A stretch of 64,000 bases of DNA from Gammaproteobacteria bacterium (GCA_965238175.1 CBDEGZ010000003.1:1344001-1408000); one strand, 5' to 3'; positions 1 to 10,813 are shown, numbered from the stretch's first letter. Notes: a model not told the origin generated them from the letters alone. Numbers and translations are program-made.

Positions 1-45
1 AAATTACTTTTTTTAACTTAGTTCTTTGTTAGCACCTGTGTTTTT

Positions 46-639
46 TTAATCGTCATATGTGTCTTGAGTTTGTAATGGAAATATTTCCCAGTCATAATAT
101 TTAACTATTGATTCTTCAAATTTGTCATTTTCTTCGTGAAATGAATGACAATGTGGAACAGGGAAGCCAAATTCCTTTTCTGTATAGCCAAATTCTTTTA
201 TTGTTTTTTCAAATTGAACTAAAGGTCCATAAGCAAAAATAACATTGTGTTGGTCATAGACAATCAACCCATTATTATCAGTTGATCCAATCCAAATATG
301 GTGTCTACCATCAGTTTCGAAGTAATCTTTATATTCTGTTAAAAAATCAATTAATTCTTCCTTATTTTTAAAAAGAGGAGATTGGTATCTTCCAAGTTTT
401 TTTTGTGTTCTAGACACAACAAGAACATATAATAGATAATACGGAGAATTTACGTTTTCAATAAGCTTGCTCAAAAGTTCTACTTGATTTTTATTAGCAG
501 AAATCTTAATCGAGCCCTCTGTTTTCTCAAAAATATTCCCATAATCAAATTCTATATCAGATTTACCAAAATCGCCTATTGAAAACTTCACTTTTCTATT
601 ACTGTTTTCAGTTTTACAAAATGATTTTATTTTATTCAT
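46..639 (-). CDS. Hypothetical protein, cassette-like, probable Bacteroidetes origin
   Basis: 197-aa ORF, AT-rich; on the minus strand it is preceded by GTTAGCA and followed by TGCTAAC (core/inverse-core-like pair). Confidence 0.75.
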   Translation of the reverse strand: MNKIKSFCKTENSNRKVKFSIGDFGKSDIEFDYGNIFEKTEGSIKISANKNQVELLSKLIENVNSPYYLLYVLVVSRTQKKLGRYQSPLFKNKEELIDFLTEYKDYFETDGRHHIWIGSTDNNGLIVYDQHNVIFAYGPLVQFEKTIKEFGYTEKEFGFPVPHCHSFHEENDKFEESIVKYYDWEIFPLQTQDTYDD

Positions 640-659
640 AAATTTTATTTATTCTGATT

Positions 660-792
660 GCTGCTAACATCTCGTCCATGAGCAGTTGCGTAGATTAGCA
701 GTTAACTTTTTAGATATACCTCGAATTAAAAATTTTGCAACACTTTTCAAAATAAGCAAGAACAAGCAGTTATTTATGACCATTGTGAGCCA
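660..792. repeat. Degenerate attC-like/Flavobacteria-type intergenic repeat
   Basis: Starts GCTAAC, ends TTGTGAGCC; contains ATGAGCAGTTGCGT...AACAAGCAGTTATTTATGACCATTGT, recalled as resembling cassette-separating repeats of Flavobacteriaceae; lies exactly between two co-oriented ORFs. Confidence 0.5.
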
Positions 793-803
793 ATATTTCC
801 CCA

Positions 804-1122
804 TTATCCTCCTTGTCCATTTTCAAGATTAATGGAAAAATAATACGATGCAAAAAAAGACAGCCCAATAAATATAAAGTATAAAAGCAAAATTTTAAAA
901 CCTTTCTTTTGTTTCAAAAATAGCCAAAAGAAGTTCAGAGTAAAAAAAGCAATTTATTATAAATAACACTGGATACATTATTGATTTTAAAAACTGCTCA
1001 AACTCTGTAAGATGCCCATCAGGGAAACCAAGTATTTTATAATCTGTATAAATTATTACTCCAAAACCTACGGTTAAAATTAGTCCAAATAAAGCCATGG
1101 GTCTTTTTAGTTTATTTTCCAA
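804..1122 (-). pseudogene. Frameshifted small membrane protein
   Basis: ORF 895..1122 is hydrophobic; a second frame continues ...FIFIGLSFFASYYFSINLENGQGG* to a stop at 804-806, just before the attC-like site. Confidence 0.5.
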
Positions 1123-1129
1123 CTCTTTT

Positions 1130-1408
1130 TTACTCCCATGACTGGTAGTTAATATATGAATTCATTCCTATAGGTTTAAAGGTGAAGTATTCCTTCGCAC
1201 TCCCAATTCTTTTTCCCAAATACATCCTTCCATATCGACTTGGTCTATATGCAAATAAATTACTTGCTAAACTTGAGACAGAGCCATAACCATCAGAACT
1301 ATTTTCAAAGATCTGAAATCTAAATCTACAAATTGGGGTTTCTCCATTCCAGCCAATGCGCATTGGAACAAACCAAATCCAACTAAATCCAATAATTAGA
1401 ATTGACAC
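1130..1408 (-). CDS. Hypothetical protein (possibly a fragment)
   Basis: 92-aa ORF in a tightly packed minus-strand run; weak start. Confidence 0.4.
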   Translation of the reverse strand: MSILIIGFSWIWFVPMRIGWNGETPICRFRFQIFENSSDGYGSVSSLASNLFAYRPSRYGRMYLGKRIGSAKEYFTFKPIGMNSYINYQSWE

Positions 1409-1422
1409 AATTACTTTTGCTT

Positions 1423-1860
1423 TTAATTACGATCTCTATGGGTTATAGCAACTTGATATTCTTTATATCCTTTTTCAAAGGCTTCATCACTAAATAAAGC
1501 AATATATTTTGTCAGATCCAATTTAATACCACTCAGTTTTAATCGAGGTGAATTAAGTCTTTTTAGAGTGTTATTGACCATTTTAAATAGTCCGCCTCTT
1601 TCGCTCCGTACTTTATTTTTGATTTCGATTCCTTCTTTTGATAGGCGCATATTTGTTCCTTTTATTTCAATCAACCCCTTAGTGATTAATTTTTTGAATC
1701 CTTGTCGAAGTTCTTCAGGAAGGAAAATGGCGTGATTTACCATATCTCCTGCAGCAATAATTTGCGACAGGTCTATGGGCTTAAAACTAGTGCCATAATC
1801 CATGATGGCAACAAAAAACCATGCGTCACTTCGGTCAAAATACGTCGGGCTATCAGTCAT
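1423..1860 (-). CDS. Hypothetical protein
   Basis: 145-aa ORF with ATG start, co-oriented with neighbours. Confidence 0.7.
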   Translation of the reverse strand: MTDSPTYFDRSDAWFFVAIMDYGTSFKPIDLSQIIAAGDMVNHAIFLPEELRQGFKKLITKGLIEIKGTNMRLSKEGIEIKNKVRSERGGLFKMVNNTLKRLNSPRLKLSGIKLDLTKYIALFSDEAFEKGYKEYQVAITHRDRN

Positions 1861-1878
1861 TTCTTAATTATTTAGTTT

Positions 1879-2499
1879 TCATCCATAACCGTTGGTAAGC
1901 AATAGATGTAATTCGTCATCTGCTTTAAAGGCTAAGGCTAAATCTCGGCCACCGTTTTCAAAATACCCCAAAACAGTGTAGCCAGATCTTTCATCTTCTC
2001 CTACCGTGTTTAGAAAATCAGGTTTTATGTTGTAGGCTTGCCAATTTTCATCCATTATATCCAGCATATCAATCAGATCTGTTGCCAGTTTTTCAGCTTC
2101 ATCTTTTGGCAGTGTTTTCACTGTTGAGTGGGTACTGGAAAAAACTTTTTTTCCACCAATAAGAATGTCGGTCAACAACTCGATTACCTGCACTTTTGTG
2201 GGTTGTTTAATGGTAAACCCCGTATTGCCATTCCATATGTTTCCAGGCCTTTGTAATAAAACTGGGATAGGTGGTTCTTGCAGGTCTGAAAAAATTAACT
2301 GTGAATAGTGTGTCCAACCTCGTTCAACATCTTGTTTAACGATCTCATAATGAAAACTCCCAGTTTTCAGGTGTTGAATTAATGTTCTTGTGATGTCAAA
2401 TTCCTCATCTTCAAGAATATCCAAAGTGATCCAAAAGGTATTGGAATTGACGACGGTGTCTAGTTCATCTAAAAGTTTATTTCTTAATTTTCGATCCAT
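1879..2499 (-). CDS. Hypothetical protein
   Basis: 206-aa ORF with ATG start. Confidence 0.7.
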   Translation of the reverse strand: MDRKLRNKLLDELDTVVNSNTFWITLDILEDEEFDITRTLIQHLKTGSFHYEIVKQDVERGWTHYSQLIFSDLQEPPIPVLLQRPGNIWNGNTGFTIKQPTKVQVIELLTDILIGGKKVFSSTHSTVKTLPKDEAEKLATDLIDMLDIMDENWQAYNIKPDFLNTVGEDERSGYTVLGYFENGGRDLALAFKADDELHLLLTNGYG

Positions 2500-2543
2500 A
2501 ATTTGACTAGGTTTTAATTTCTGATTTGTGAAAAAAATAAAAG

Positions 2544-2870
2544 TTAATTCTTTTCCGGAAATCTTGGTAAATCGCCCATATAGGGATATTCAACACCTTC
2601 GTGTTCTTTAATTAGTTTAAATTCTTCTAGTTTTCCATCATTCAAAACGGCTTGCGCATGAAAGCCAGTGTCACACTTTTGACATACGGTGTAGGCCTCT
2701 CCAAACTGAATTCCCTCAGGGGTAAAATGCGTATAGCGAAAATCTATCTCATCACCGATTTTATAGTTTATTACATCTAAATAGCCAAAATACATTTGAA
2801 ATTCTACCAGGGTCGTTTTCTCACATTTTGGATAAATTATCTTTTCATAAGTGTAGTTGTACATTCCCAT
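2544..2870 (-). CDS. Hypothetical protein with partial Cys motifs
   Basis: 108 aa; MGMYN start, YPKC and CQKC suggest an eroded zinc ribbon. Confidence 0.6.
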   Translation of the reverse strand: MGMYNYTYEKIIYPKCEKTTLVEFQMYFGYLDVINYKIGDEIDFRYTHFTPEGIQFGEAYTVCQKCDTGFHAQAVLNDGKLEEFKLIKEHEGVEYPYMGDLPRFPEKN

Positions 2871-3027
2871 ATAACTTAAACCCTTAATTGTACGTTTATT
2901 TTACTTCTGATTTATTAGGCCAATCATAATATTTTTTTAAATATTTCTTTCATTTAGAATGTTTCTTCAAATAAGACCCAACATATTCTTATAAGATTCT
3001 TTGTTTTTCATACGCTAATTTCAAACA

Positions 3028-3411
3028 TTAATTATCTTCTTTCATCACTTCTTCGATTTTTGCTATAAAACTTAACCACTTTAGCCGTCTCTTGCATTGC
3101 GGACAAAATTTATCTTTCTCCAACGATGGTTTTTCAATCAATTTAACTATTTCAAAATCATAGTAGTCTATTCGAGTGCGATCTTTAAAACCAAACGCTT
3201 CTGGGCGATATGCACCAAAATCGACAGCACAAAAATTACATAACTGTAATTCTAACCCCTTGTAAACTTTGTAAATGCTATAGCTATGCTGCCCTTCTTT
3301 GAAGTGTTCAATCTCATGTTCAAAATTGCCACAATCATGACAGGGCGCACAACTAATTACTATCAATTCGGAATAGCATATAGGACATTGTTCTTTGTTC
3401 TTCGGTTTCAT
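3028..3411 (-). CDS. Cys-rich hypothetical protein (four CxxC motifs)
   Basis: CPIC, CHDC, CNFC, CPQC; a decayed paralog lies at 16285-16650. Confidence 0.75.
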   Translation of the reverse strand: MKPKNKEQCPICYSELIVISCAPCHDCGNFEHEIEHFKEGQHSYSIYKVYKGLELQLCNFCAVDFGAYRPEAFGFKDRTRIDYYDFEIVKLIEKPSLEKDKFCPQCKRRLKWLSFIAKIEEVMKEDN

Positions 3412-3494
3412 CTTCGGGTTTTGATTTTTCTAAATCATCAAAATATCTGATTTTAAATAAACTGTTCTACTTGAAATGAATTCTGGATTGTTGC

Positions 3495-4295
3495 TCAGTT
3501 CTTTTCAATTTCATACCACCATAACGAGTATTCCTGTTCCGTTTTATTATGGGATTTAGTTACAGCATCTTGAAAACCTGAAAGCCCAACTTCTCCTTTA
3601 TCAACATTCAAGGTCGGTGTAGTGCTTTGTTTTACCAATTCTTTCATTTTAGCAATTACTTCAGGTCTGTTTCTTTCTTCTTCGTTGATACAATCTGAGT
3701 AATCCAATGAAAATAATTTTTCTATATCTTCCTTGTTGGCTTGAATGTATGTTGGAAAGGAATAATAAAAAAAATCCTTGGTGTATAAAGAGTTCTTATC
3801 AGGGGTTACTAATTGCCTCCCCCCATCATCACTAACATCAAATAGATAAGCATCTGAAAGACTTCCTGGGGCTATTGAGAGGGTAAAATCTGTGACTTTA
3901 CTGTCTTTACTTCGAATACAACTTTCAAGCTTTTCACGCCATATTTTTTTAAATTCGAATTCCCCTCCCTTCATCCATTTATTATATTCCATGTCATTCA
4001 TAGTCACTATTTTTTCACGTCCTGTACTATCTATCTCCCTGGTAACGGCTACGGCTATACTCGGAAAATAAATTCTAAAGCGAGACATCTTGTTATCAGG
4101 AGCGAAAGTTGGGAGCGTTAAAAAAATATTTTTTGCATTTTTTAAGGAATCAATTTTTTCTTCTATTTTACTTCTAATACCAATTATATCTTTCTGTTTA
4201 ACTGGAACGGCATGATCGGCTAAAGTGCCTATGTCAAAACTTTTGAGTAACGCAAATGTTTGGTTTTTAATTAATACATTATTCTTATAGAGGCT
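3495..4295 (-). pseudogene. Hypothetical gene 5'-truncated by IS3
   Basis: Frame of ORF 3495..4088 stays open upstream (SLYKNNVLIKNQTFALLKSF...) right to the IS end at 4296. Confidence 0.55.
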
Positions 4296-4326
4296 TGAGG
4301 TTGCAACACTTTAACGGAGCAAATAA

Positions 4327-5187
4327 CTAAGGGGCATTTGCCCGCTCAAATTCTACAGGGCTAACATAGCCTAAATAAGAATGCCTCCGTCTTCGATTAT
4401 AAAACACTTCAATATAGTGAAATAGGCTTTGTTTGGCATCGCTACGTGTTCGATAATCCTCATCATCAACCAACTCTGTTTTGAGGCTGCCGAAGAAACT
4501 TTCAGCGACCGCATTATCATGGCATTCACCTTTTCGGCTCATACTACAAAGGAAGCCATTATCTTTAATGAGCTTTCGATAATCACCCGAGGCATAAGTG
4601 CTGCCTTGGTCGGAATGGACAATCACATCTTTTGCCTTGTCTCTGCGTGACAGCGACATCGTTAACGCATCAGTGACTAGCTTGGTGTCATTACGCTCAG
4701 ACATCGCCCAGCCAATAATTTGCCGTGAATACAAGTCCATCATGGTAGCCAAATATAACCAACCTTGCCGAGTACGAATAAAGGTCGTGTCAGCTACCCA
4801 GGCTTTATTTGTTTCATTGACACGAAATTCACGTTTGAGCCTATCGGGTGCAGGTGCTGTGGTATTTTTTGAATTGGTTGTAATCACAAACCGTTTGGCC
4901 ATCTTCGATTGAATGCCAGCAGTCTTCATCAAACGTGCAACACGCGGTCGACTTACTTTTTCACCTGAATCGAGTAGGTCTCGATGTATCCGAGGTGAAC
5001 CATAACGCTTAAAACTAGCTTGATGAAAACATCTTATTTTCGTCAGTAACCGTTGATTCGTTGAGTGTGTCTTACTTTGAGGCCTGTCTAACCAATCATA
5101 ATAACCACTGACTGAGACAGTCAGGGTGCGACATAATAACGACACAGAGTGATGGCGACGTTGTATTTTAATAAAGGCGTACTTCAC
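4327..5187 (-). CDS. IS3 transposase OrfB (DDE integrase core)
   Basis: WVADTTFI, HSDQGSTY, DNAVAESFF, YNRRRRHS motifs. Confidence 0.95.
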   Translation of the reverse strand: MKYAFIKIQRRHHSVSLLCRTLTVSVSGYYDWLDRPQSKTHSTNQRLLTKIRCFHQASFKRYGSPRIHRDLLDSGEKVSRPRVARLMKTAGIQSKMAKRFVITTNSKNTTAPAPDRLKREFRVNETNKAWVADTTFIRTRQGWLYLATMMDLYSRQIIGWAMSERNDTKLVTDALTMSLSRRDKAKDVIVHSDQGSTYASGDYRKLIKDNGFLCSMSRKGECHDNAVAESFFGSLKTELVDDEDYRTRSDAKQSLFHYIEVFYNRRRRHSYLGYVSPVEFERANAP

Positions 5188-5495
5188 TTGAGTTCGCCTG
5201 CAAAGTACACCGCGGCCTTTTTTAATATCTCAACTTCCTCCTTCAGCCGTGCATTATCTTGGCGTAAGGTGGTGAGTTCACTTTGTGCTTCTTTCTTAGG
5301 CCTTCCACGTTGTTCTGGGAATGCAGTATCACCTTTGTCGGTCAGTTGTTCTTTCCATTTATAGAGCTGATTACGCCGTATACCAAGTTCAGCGGCAATC
5401 TCAGATGACGGTTTATCTGATTGCTCCATCAAGCGTAACGCTTCTAGTTTGAATTCTCGGGTATAGGTTTTGTATGGTTTTCTGTTGCTGGTCAT
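5184..5495 (-). CDS. IS3 transposase OrfA (HTH)
   Basis: YTREFKLEA...EILKKA motif; A6G frameshift site; GTGA overlap with OrfB. Confidence 0.95.
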   Translation of the reverse strand: MTSNRKPYKTYTREFKLEALRLMEQSDKPSSEIAAELGIRRNQLYKWKEQLTDKGDTAFPEQRGRPKKEAQSELTTLRQDNARLKEEVEILKKAAVYFAGELK

Positions 5496-5907
5496 TTGGA
5501 TACTCCTAAAGGCATATTGTCGCCTATTTAATGTATCCGTTAAAATGTAGCAGGTTCAAAATGACCTCTTTTTTTCTTTCACGAACATTCATCGATAGCG
5601 TATACGAGGTTGGGAACATCATTAAAATTAAGCAATGATAAAACTCAAAAAAATCATATATATCTGATTGCTCCATCAAGCGTAACGCTTCTAGTTTGAA
5701 TTCTCGGGTATAGGTTTTGTATGGTTTTCTGTTGCTGGTCATTTGGATACTCCTAAAGGCATATTGTCGCCTATTTAATGTATCCGTTAAAATGTAGCAG
5801 GTTCAAAATGACCTCTTTTTTTCTTTCACGAACATTCATCGATAGCGTATACGAGGTTGGGAACATCATTAAAATTAAGCAATGATAAAACTCAAAAAAA
5901 TCATATA
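5414..5907. repeat. 247-bp tandem duplication of the IS3 left end plus flank
   Basis: 5414-5660 is repeated at 5661-5907; the OrfA start appears at both 5495 and 5742. Confidence 0.9.
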
Positions 5908-6130
5908 AAATAAGTGACTTTTAAAACAGCTATAAGCAAATGAAAAACCCACACAGAACAGATATTCAACAGCTTATTTTAATGCTGGGGCCCGCACTGA
6001 TTTTTGGTAGCGTACTGCTTATTAAAGCGTTTTATTTTATAGATGATTTCACTAAATATGCACTACTTTTATCATTATCACTGGCCCCTTAACCCTCTAT
6101 GCTTTAATCCTGCTTTACAATCGGTTCAAG

Positions 6131-6532
6131 TTGAAGTTTATTGGAATCATTGTTCTCAATATCCTGATCATGATCGGATATTTCAAAGGGATATCAGCTA
6201 TGCTTTACTCTCCTAGCCCTAATATGGGAGGAGCTGCCTTAGGGGCTTTCCTATTATTTGGTGCTGTTGTGATTCATTTTATAATCTTTGCGTATTTTGT
6301 TTGGTTTTTTAGAAGGAAAAAACGAAAATCAAAAGACATAAAAGAGGATTTAACCGACTTTCCTTTAGTGAAGGTTGTAATTCCAAAGGGGATTTCATTG
6401 GCTTTTATTATCCTGTTTTTTTATTTACGCTCTGTCAGATTTTATGAAGGTATTAAACTGATTTTATTTTCATTTCCAAAATGCTACAGGGTTTATCACT
6501 TGCGAAAATCGCAGTTAAAATCAACGTTATAA
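6131..6532 (+). CDS. Hypothetical membrane protein (possibly eroded)
   Basis: 133-aa ORF with hydrophobic segments, TTG start. Confidence 0.4.
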   Translation: MKFIGIIVLNILIMIGYFKGISAMLYSPSPNMGGAALGAFLLFGAVVIHFIIFAYFVWFFRRKKRKSKDIKEDLTDFPLVKVVIPKGISLAFIILFFYLRSVRFYEGIKLILFSFPKCYRVYHLRKSQLKSTL

Positions 6533-6634
6533 ATTTAACTCTTTAGCAAGGTTGAAAAGTTGGAATTATGCTTTGCTTGACACTTATGAGTTGACATATA
6601 ATTTGTAAAACAGAATTTTTTAAATGCATATAAA

Positions 6635-8479
6635 ATGAAAGAATTTTTTAAACTTAACAACATCGAAGTTGGTTTTGCCAACCATTCCGAAGTTTCTATT
6701 CAGAAAGGGAAGTTGAGTATTAACCTGCTTACGCCCAATTTAAAAATAACTCCGGAGCTTCATAACGGAATGTTAGACAGTGAAGAAGTGAACGTAGACT
6801 ATATTAGCTATGCAACAAGTTTGGCTATACCTGAAGGGAAATACAACACCCAGCTCGACTGCCCAGAAGACACCCCAAACGCAAACGTTTTTAATTTTCC
6901 GGAAAATGTTAATTTTTATGGTGTTCTTGATGTTCAAGAAGGGTATATACATCTAAAAGGTGAGTTAAGAAGCCGATATAGTCGTCGAACTATCCCCGTA
7001 GAAATAGTAAAGCAGTTTGATCCCAAACCCTTAATTCCTCCAAGAACCAGATTTAATTTAGGCGATGCAAAAATACAAGAGCCTCTAGAAGTCTATGAAT
7101 TAATCGTTCGGAAAGGCCGTCTAAATGAATTCCCAATGGAGATTTTAGCCTTTGAGAACTTGGAGAGTTTAGAGATTGAAGTTTCGTCCTGGCAGGGAGA
7201 CAAAAGCAGTGATTTTTCAGAAATCCCAGAAGCACTTTTTGAGTTAAAAAATCTACATACGCTATCCATTTCGGGAAGTAACATTAAAACACTTTCAGAA
7301 AAAGTAAGTGCACTCACAAAACTAGAAGAACTTCGTCTCTGCTACACTCAATTAAAAAGCCTACCCAATTCGCTATGTGATCTAAAGCGGTTACAATATT
7401 TGTCGTTGGACTGTAACGAGCTGGTTTCGCTGCCCGAAAATATCGGTTATCTTCCTGATTTAGAAGATCTCAGAATTGGATATAATCCGTTTACCTCATT
7501 ACCAAAATCGCTTACAGAAATTTCCAATATTAATCTTGAAGGGAAGCATAAAAAACTATTTTTAGATACTGCTTACAAAAGCAAGAATAAAAACGAAATA
7601 AATGAAAGTTTATTTAACCTGTTTAATCATCCCACACACAAAACTGCATTAGAAAAGGCTATACAAACAACGCCAGAATTAAAGAATTACAAAGATTTTT
7701 TATTGAATTGCAGCACACTAGCCACCTGTTTGGTGCCTGGAGATAAGCAAAAAGTAATTTCTGTTGGCGCTTCAAAAACCGGCGGAAGTCCAGATTTACC
7801 AAAAGGCTGGAAGCATCCCGCTGATCAAAATGGCAATTTTTATCTTTTTCATACGCAGATAAATTGCGAAGAAATAGGTCCTTATCAAAACTATCTGCCG
7901 AGAAAAGGGATGTTATACTTCTTTGTGAGTGACGAAGAATATGTCGAAGAGCCTTTGGTATTGTACTCAGAAGATGAAAACTTAGTCCGCATCCACTACA
8001 ACGAAGAAACAACATTTGTATTTTGTGATGACGTAGATGATGATGAATATAGAAACGAATTAGCCGTCAGCTTTCGAAACCATATATCTATTCCCGAATT
8101 TTATAACATCAAAAAAAATGCAACTGAAAGATTTCCGAAATATGCTCAATTCCTAAAAGATCAAGCAACACGTGACTTAGAAAACTTGAGGAATTTTGAT
8201 CAATTTGAACAATTCAATAAACACATTGATTTACTCCCTATTGATGGTGAACGAATGCATAGCATCAACAGTTTCGTCTTCACACAAGGTGAAACCCCAC
8301 AAGAACAAGCGGCAGACAAATTTGGCGGCGAGCCAACGGAATGGCTTGTGCTACTCAACATGGAAACTACGGGGGAGTTTATGTTTGGGGATGCAGGTAC
8401 ACTAACGTATTGCATGCATAAAAAAGACCTGGAAATTAAAGATTTTTCTAGAATTTATGCCAGCATAGAAAGTGGCTGA
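6635..8479 (+). CDS. Leucine-rich-repeat protein with C-terminal DUF1963/YwqG domain
   Basis: LxxLxxLxL/N.L..LP repeats at about aa 160-300; SKTGGSPDLP, QINCEEI, LPRKGMLYFF and FGDAGTL motifs. Confidence 0.85.
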   Translation: MKEFFKLNNIEVGFANHSEVSIQKGKLSINLLTPNLKITPELHNGMLDSEEVNVDYISYATSLAIPEGKYNTQLDCPEDTPNANVFNFPENVNFYGVLDVQEGYIHLKGELRSRYSRRTIPVEIVKQFDPKPLIPPRTRFNLGDAKIQEPLEVYELIVRKGRLNEFPMEILAFENLESLEIEVSSWQGDKSSDFSEIPEALFELKNLHTLSISGSNIKTLSEKVSALTKLEELRLCYTQLKSLPNSLCDLKRLQYLSLDCNELVSLPENIGYLPDLEDLRIGYNPFTSLPKSLTEISNINLEGKHKKLFLDTAYKSKNKNEINESLFNLFNHPTHKTALEKAIQTTPELKNYKDFLLNCSTLATCLVPGDKQKVISVGASKTGGSPDLPKGWKHPADQNGNFYLFHTQINCEEIGPYQNYLPRKGMLYFFVSDEEYVEEPLVLYSEDENLVRIHYNEETTFVFCDDVDDDEYRNELAVSFRNHISIPEFYNIKKNATERFPKYAQFLKDQATRDLENLRNFDQFEQFNKHIDLLPIDGERMHSINSFVFTQGETPQEQAADKFGGEPTEWLVLLNMETTGEFMFGDAGTLTYCMHKKDLEIKDFSRIYASIESG

Positions 8480-8720
8480 AAAAACTACTTCTTTAAAGAT
8501 AAACAATGAAAAAAGCGAATATCAATTCAATTCCTGCGCTTATCAATTGGTTTGGGGTTAAGTAAATCGAACTGTATGACTACTATGATTCCTAGCTTCA
8601 GATTACATTAATTATTTTTGATGCTTTTGAAAAGTTGGTTGCTCTGCTAGTTGAGGCCCATTCAGCGAATGAGGTGCGATATTACAAGATTAAACAACTT
8701 TAGGAATTAGTATTGGAAAT

Positions 8721-9008
8721 GTGCAGAGTGATCTGTTTGGTGGTTTTCAGAAGACTAGACAGAGTTTTGAGTTGTTGGCAGAGAACAGAATAGATTTTAT
8801 CAAAGCAGAAAAAGTTGAAGCGGGAGATGAAGTTCATTTCATCATTAACTTTAGGGGTTCTCCTATTATCGAGTATTTAGCCTTTCTTGAAGTTGATGGA
8901 GAGCTTTGCTTTCAGATACGATTAGCTCTATTTAACTATGAAGACGTAGATTTATTGAAGAAACTCGAAAGCATAAGACGGAAAATAAGGAAACTGAAGG
9001 TTGAATAA
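8721..9008 (+). CDS. Hypothetical protein or gene remnant
   Basis: 95-aa ORF, GTG start; upstream sequence looks like broken coding DNA. Confidence 0.35.
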   Translation: MQSDLFGGFQKTRQSFELLAENRIDFIKAEKVEAGDEVHFIINFRGSPIIEYLAFLEVDGELCFQIRLALFNYEDVDLLKKLESIRRKIRKLKVE

Positions 9009-9223
9009 TAGCTCCATGCTATCAAAAACAGCTCAAATTCAACGCTTATAAACTCGCCCCCTCATTTATCAAATGGTTTTAGTAAAATGAATTGATTGAA
9101 TTAGTATTGAATTATAAATAAATGAAACCAATAAATTATTCATTAAAAGAAACTTAAAAAAACATATATTTTATAATTAGCCACTATAGAGAAATGAGCG
9201 CAAAGGAATCTTATTAATTATTA

Positions 9224-10497
9224 CATTGCTGTCCCGTTAAGAACGAATAAAGTAGGCCTGAACTCCGTCTAATTTGTTACAATGAAATCACGACAAGTCA
9301 TTGAAAAACATAAGGAGAACAGGCCATGGCCGATTGTAATACTATCTTCTCACAAATACTAAAAATGATACCGAGACATGAGTTTGAGCCCTTGGCAAAT
9401 CAGCATCACCGTGGTCGTTCGTTTCGAACAGCTTCACGTTGGTCTCAGTTTGTGACACTGGCAATGGCACAATTGTCGGTTCGAAACAGCTTGCGAGATA
9501 TTGTCGAGAACCTGTCAGCTCAAGCGCATCGTCTGTATCATTTGGGTAGTGTAAAATTATCTCGCTCCAATTTGTCCCGTATCAATGAAGATAAACCTTA
9601 CACACTTTATGAGGCCTTGTTTGGTAAATTGTTAGCACGTTGTCAGGGGTTAACGCCAGGACAATCTTTCCGTTTTAAAAACACATTGTATTCATTGGAT
9701 GCCTCTACGATTGACCTGTGTTTATCCGTTTTCCCGTGGGCTGACTTTCGTACAACGAAAGGCGCGATAAAGCTGCATGTTGAATTGAACCATTCAGGTT
9801 ATTTACCCGAGTTTGTCCCGGTAACGGAAGGGAAAACACATGACGTGACGGTGGGTCGCACACTGTCTTTTCCCAAGGGAAGTATTGTCGCTATTGATAG
9901 AGCGTACAATGACGATGCCTGGTATAAGCAATTGACAGACAAGGGGATATTCTTTGTAACGCGCCTCAAAACGCATGCTAAATATCGTGTGATAGGTCGG
10001 AGCGATGTTTTGAAAAGCAAAGGACTGACGTGTGACCAAACCATTGAATTCACCGGGTTCCAAACCGCAAAAAAATGCCCTGCTCAGTTACGTCGTATTG
10101 GTTATCGTGACCCGAAAACAGGGAAACACGATGTGTTTCTCACCAATAATTTTACACTTGCAGCGAAAACGATTGCTGATATTTATAAAGCACGTTGGCA
10201 AGTGTAATTATTTTTTAAATGGATAAAACAAAACCTTAAAATCAAATCATTCATCGGCACAAGTAAGAATGCGGTGATGACACAGGTATGGATAGCAATG
10301 TGCATTTACTTACTGATGGTATTCATCAAATTTCAGTCCAGACTCAAGAAGAGCATGCAACAAATCTTACGTGTATTGCAACGTAATCTCTTTGATAAAC
10401 GGTCGTTGTTAGCGTTGTTGCAAGACGACCCGTTACCCGATGAGATAAATACAGTTCAGCAATTGGTATTGGTTTGAAAGTTAACGGGACAGCAGTG
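9224..10497 (+). mobile_element. IS4-family insertion sequence (inactivated)
   Basis: 17-bp IRs CATTGCTGTCCCGTTAA / TTAACGGGACAGCAGTG with one mismatch. Confidence 0.9.
9326..10477 (+). pseudogene. IS4 transposase with nonsense mutation
   Basis: DASTI, DRAY and YKARWQV*LFFKWIKQNLKI: the catalytic Glu codon of the YREK motif reads TAA at 10205-10207 and the frame continues to 10477. Confidence 0.9.
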
Positions 10498-10813
10498 ATT
10501 GCCAGATATAAACTCTTTTCTTGTTACAGTGTTTACCGGTGTTCTAATGTTTGTAGAATATACAATTAGATTTGGCTTGCTTTCCAGTAATAACCTTTAA
10601 TGACACCCTTAGTTTTTTATGTGGTTCACTAAGTGTCTTCGGAGTATTATTTGTTCGAAAGTCGGTGGTTTCAGAATTAAAACGAATTAGAAATAGAGGC
10701 CTGAGACTGAGAGGTAAATGTGAAATAGTTTAGAGTCAGGTCTTTTCATATCGGATTACTTATTCAGTTTAATCGCAAAATATAAATCTAAAAAAATGAG
10801 GTCGTACTCTAAG

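Larger units (their letters stand above)
4296..5558 (-). mobile_element. IS3-family insertion sequence, copy 1 (1263 bp)
   Basis: TG...CA ends with imperfect IRs; same length and proteins as copy 2; flanks GCT/AAA show no target duplication. Confidence 0.95.

Noticed and set aside
5524-5742. 72-aa ORF as a separate gene
   Set aside because: Product of the 247-bp duplication: OrfA N-terminus fused to flank sequence
5987-6092. GGGGCCCG...ATCACTGGCCCC as another cassette junction, and TGACACCCTTAG at 10601
   Set aside because: Similar to the repeat family, but no convincing partner site across the adjacent genes, so left out of the array call
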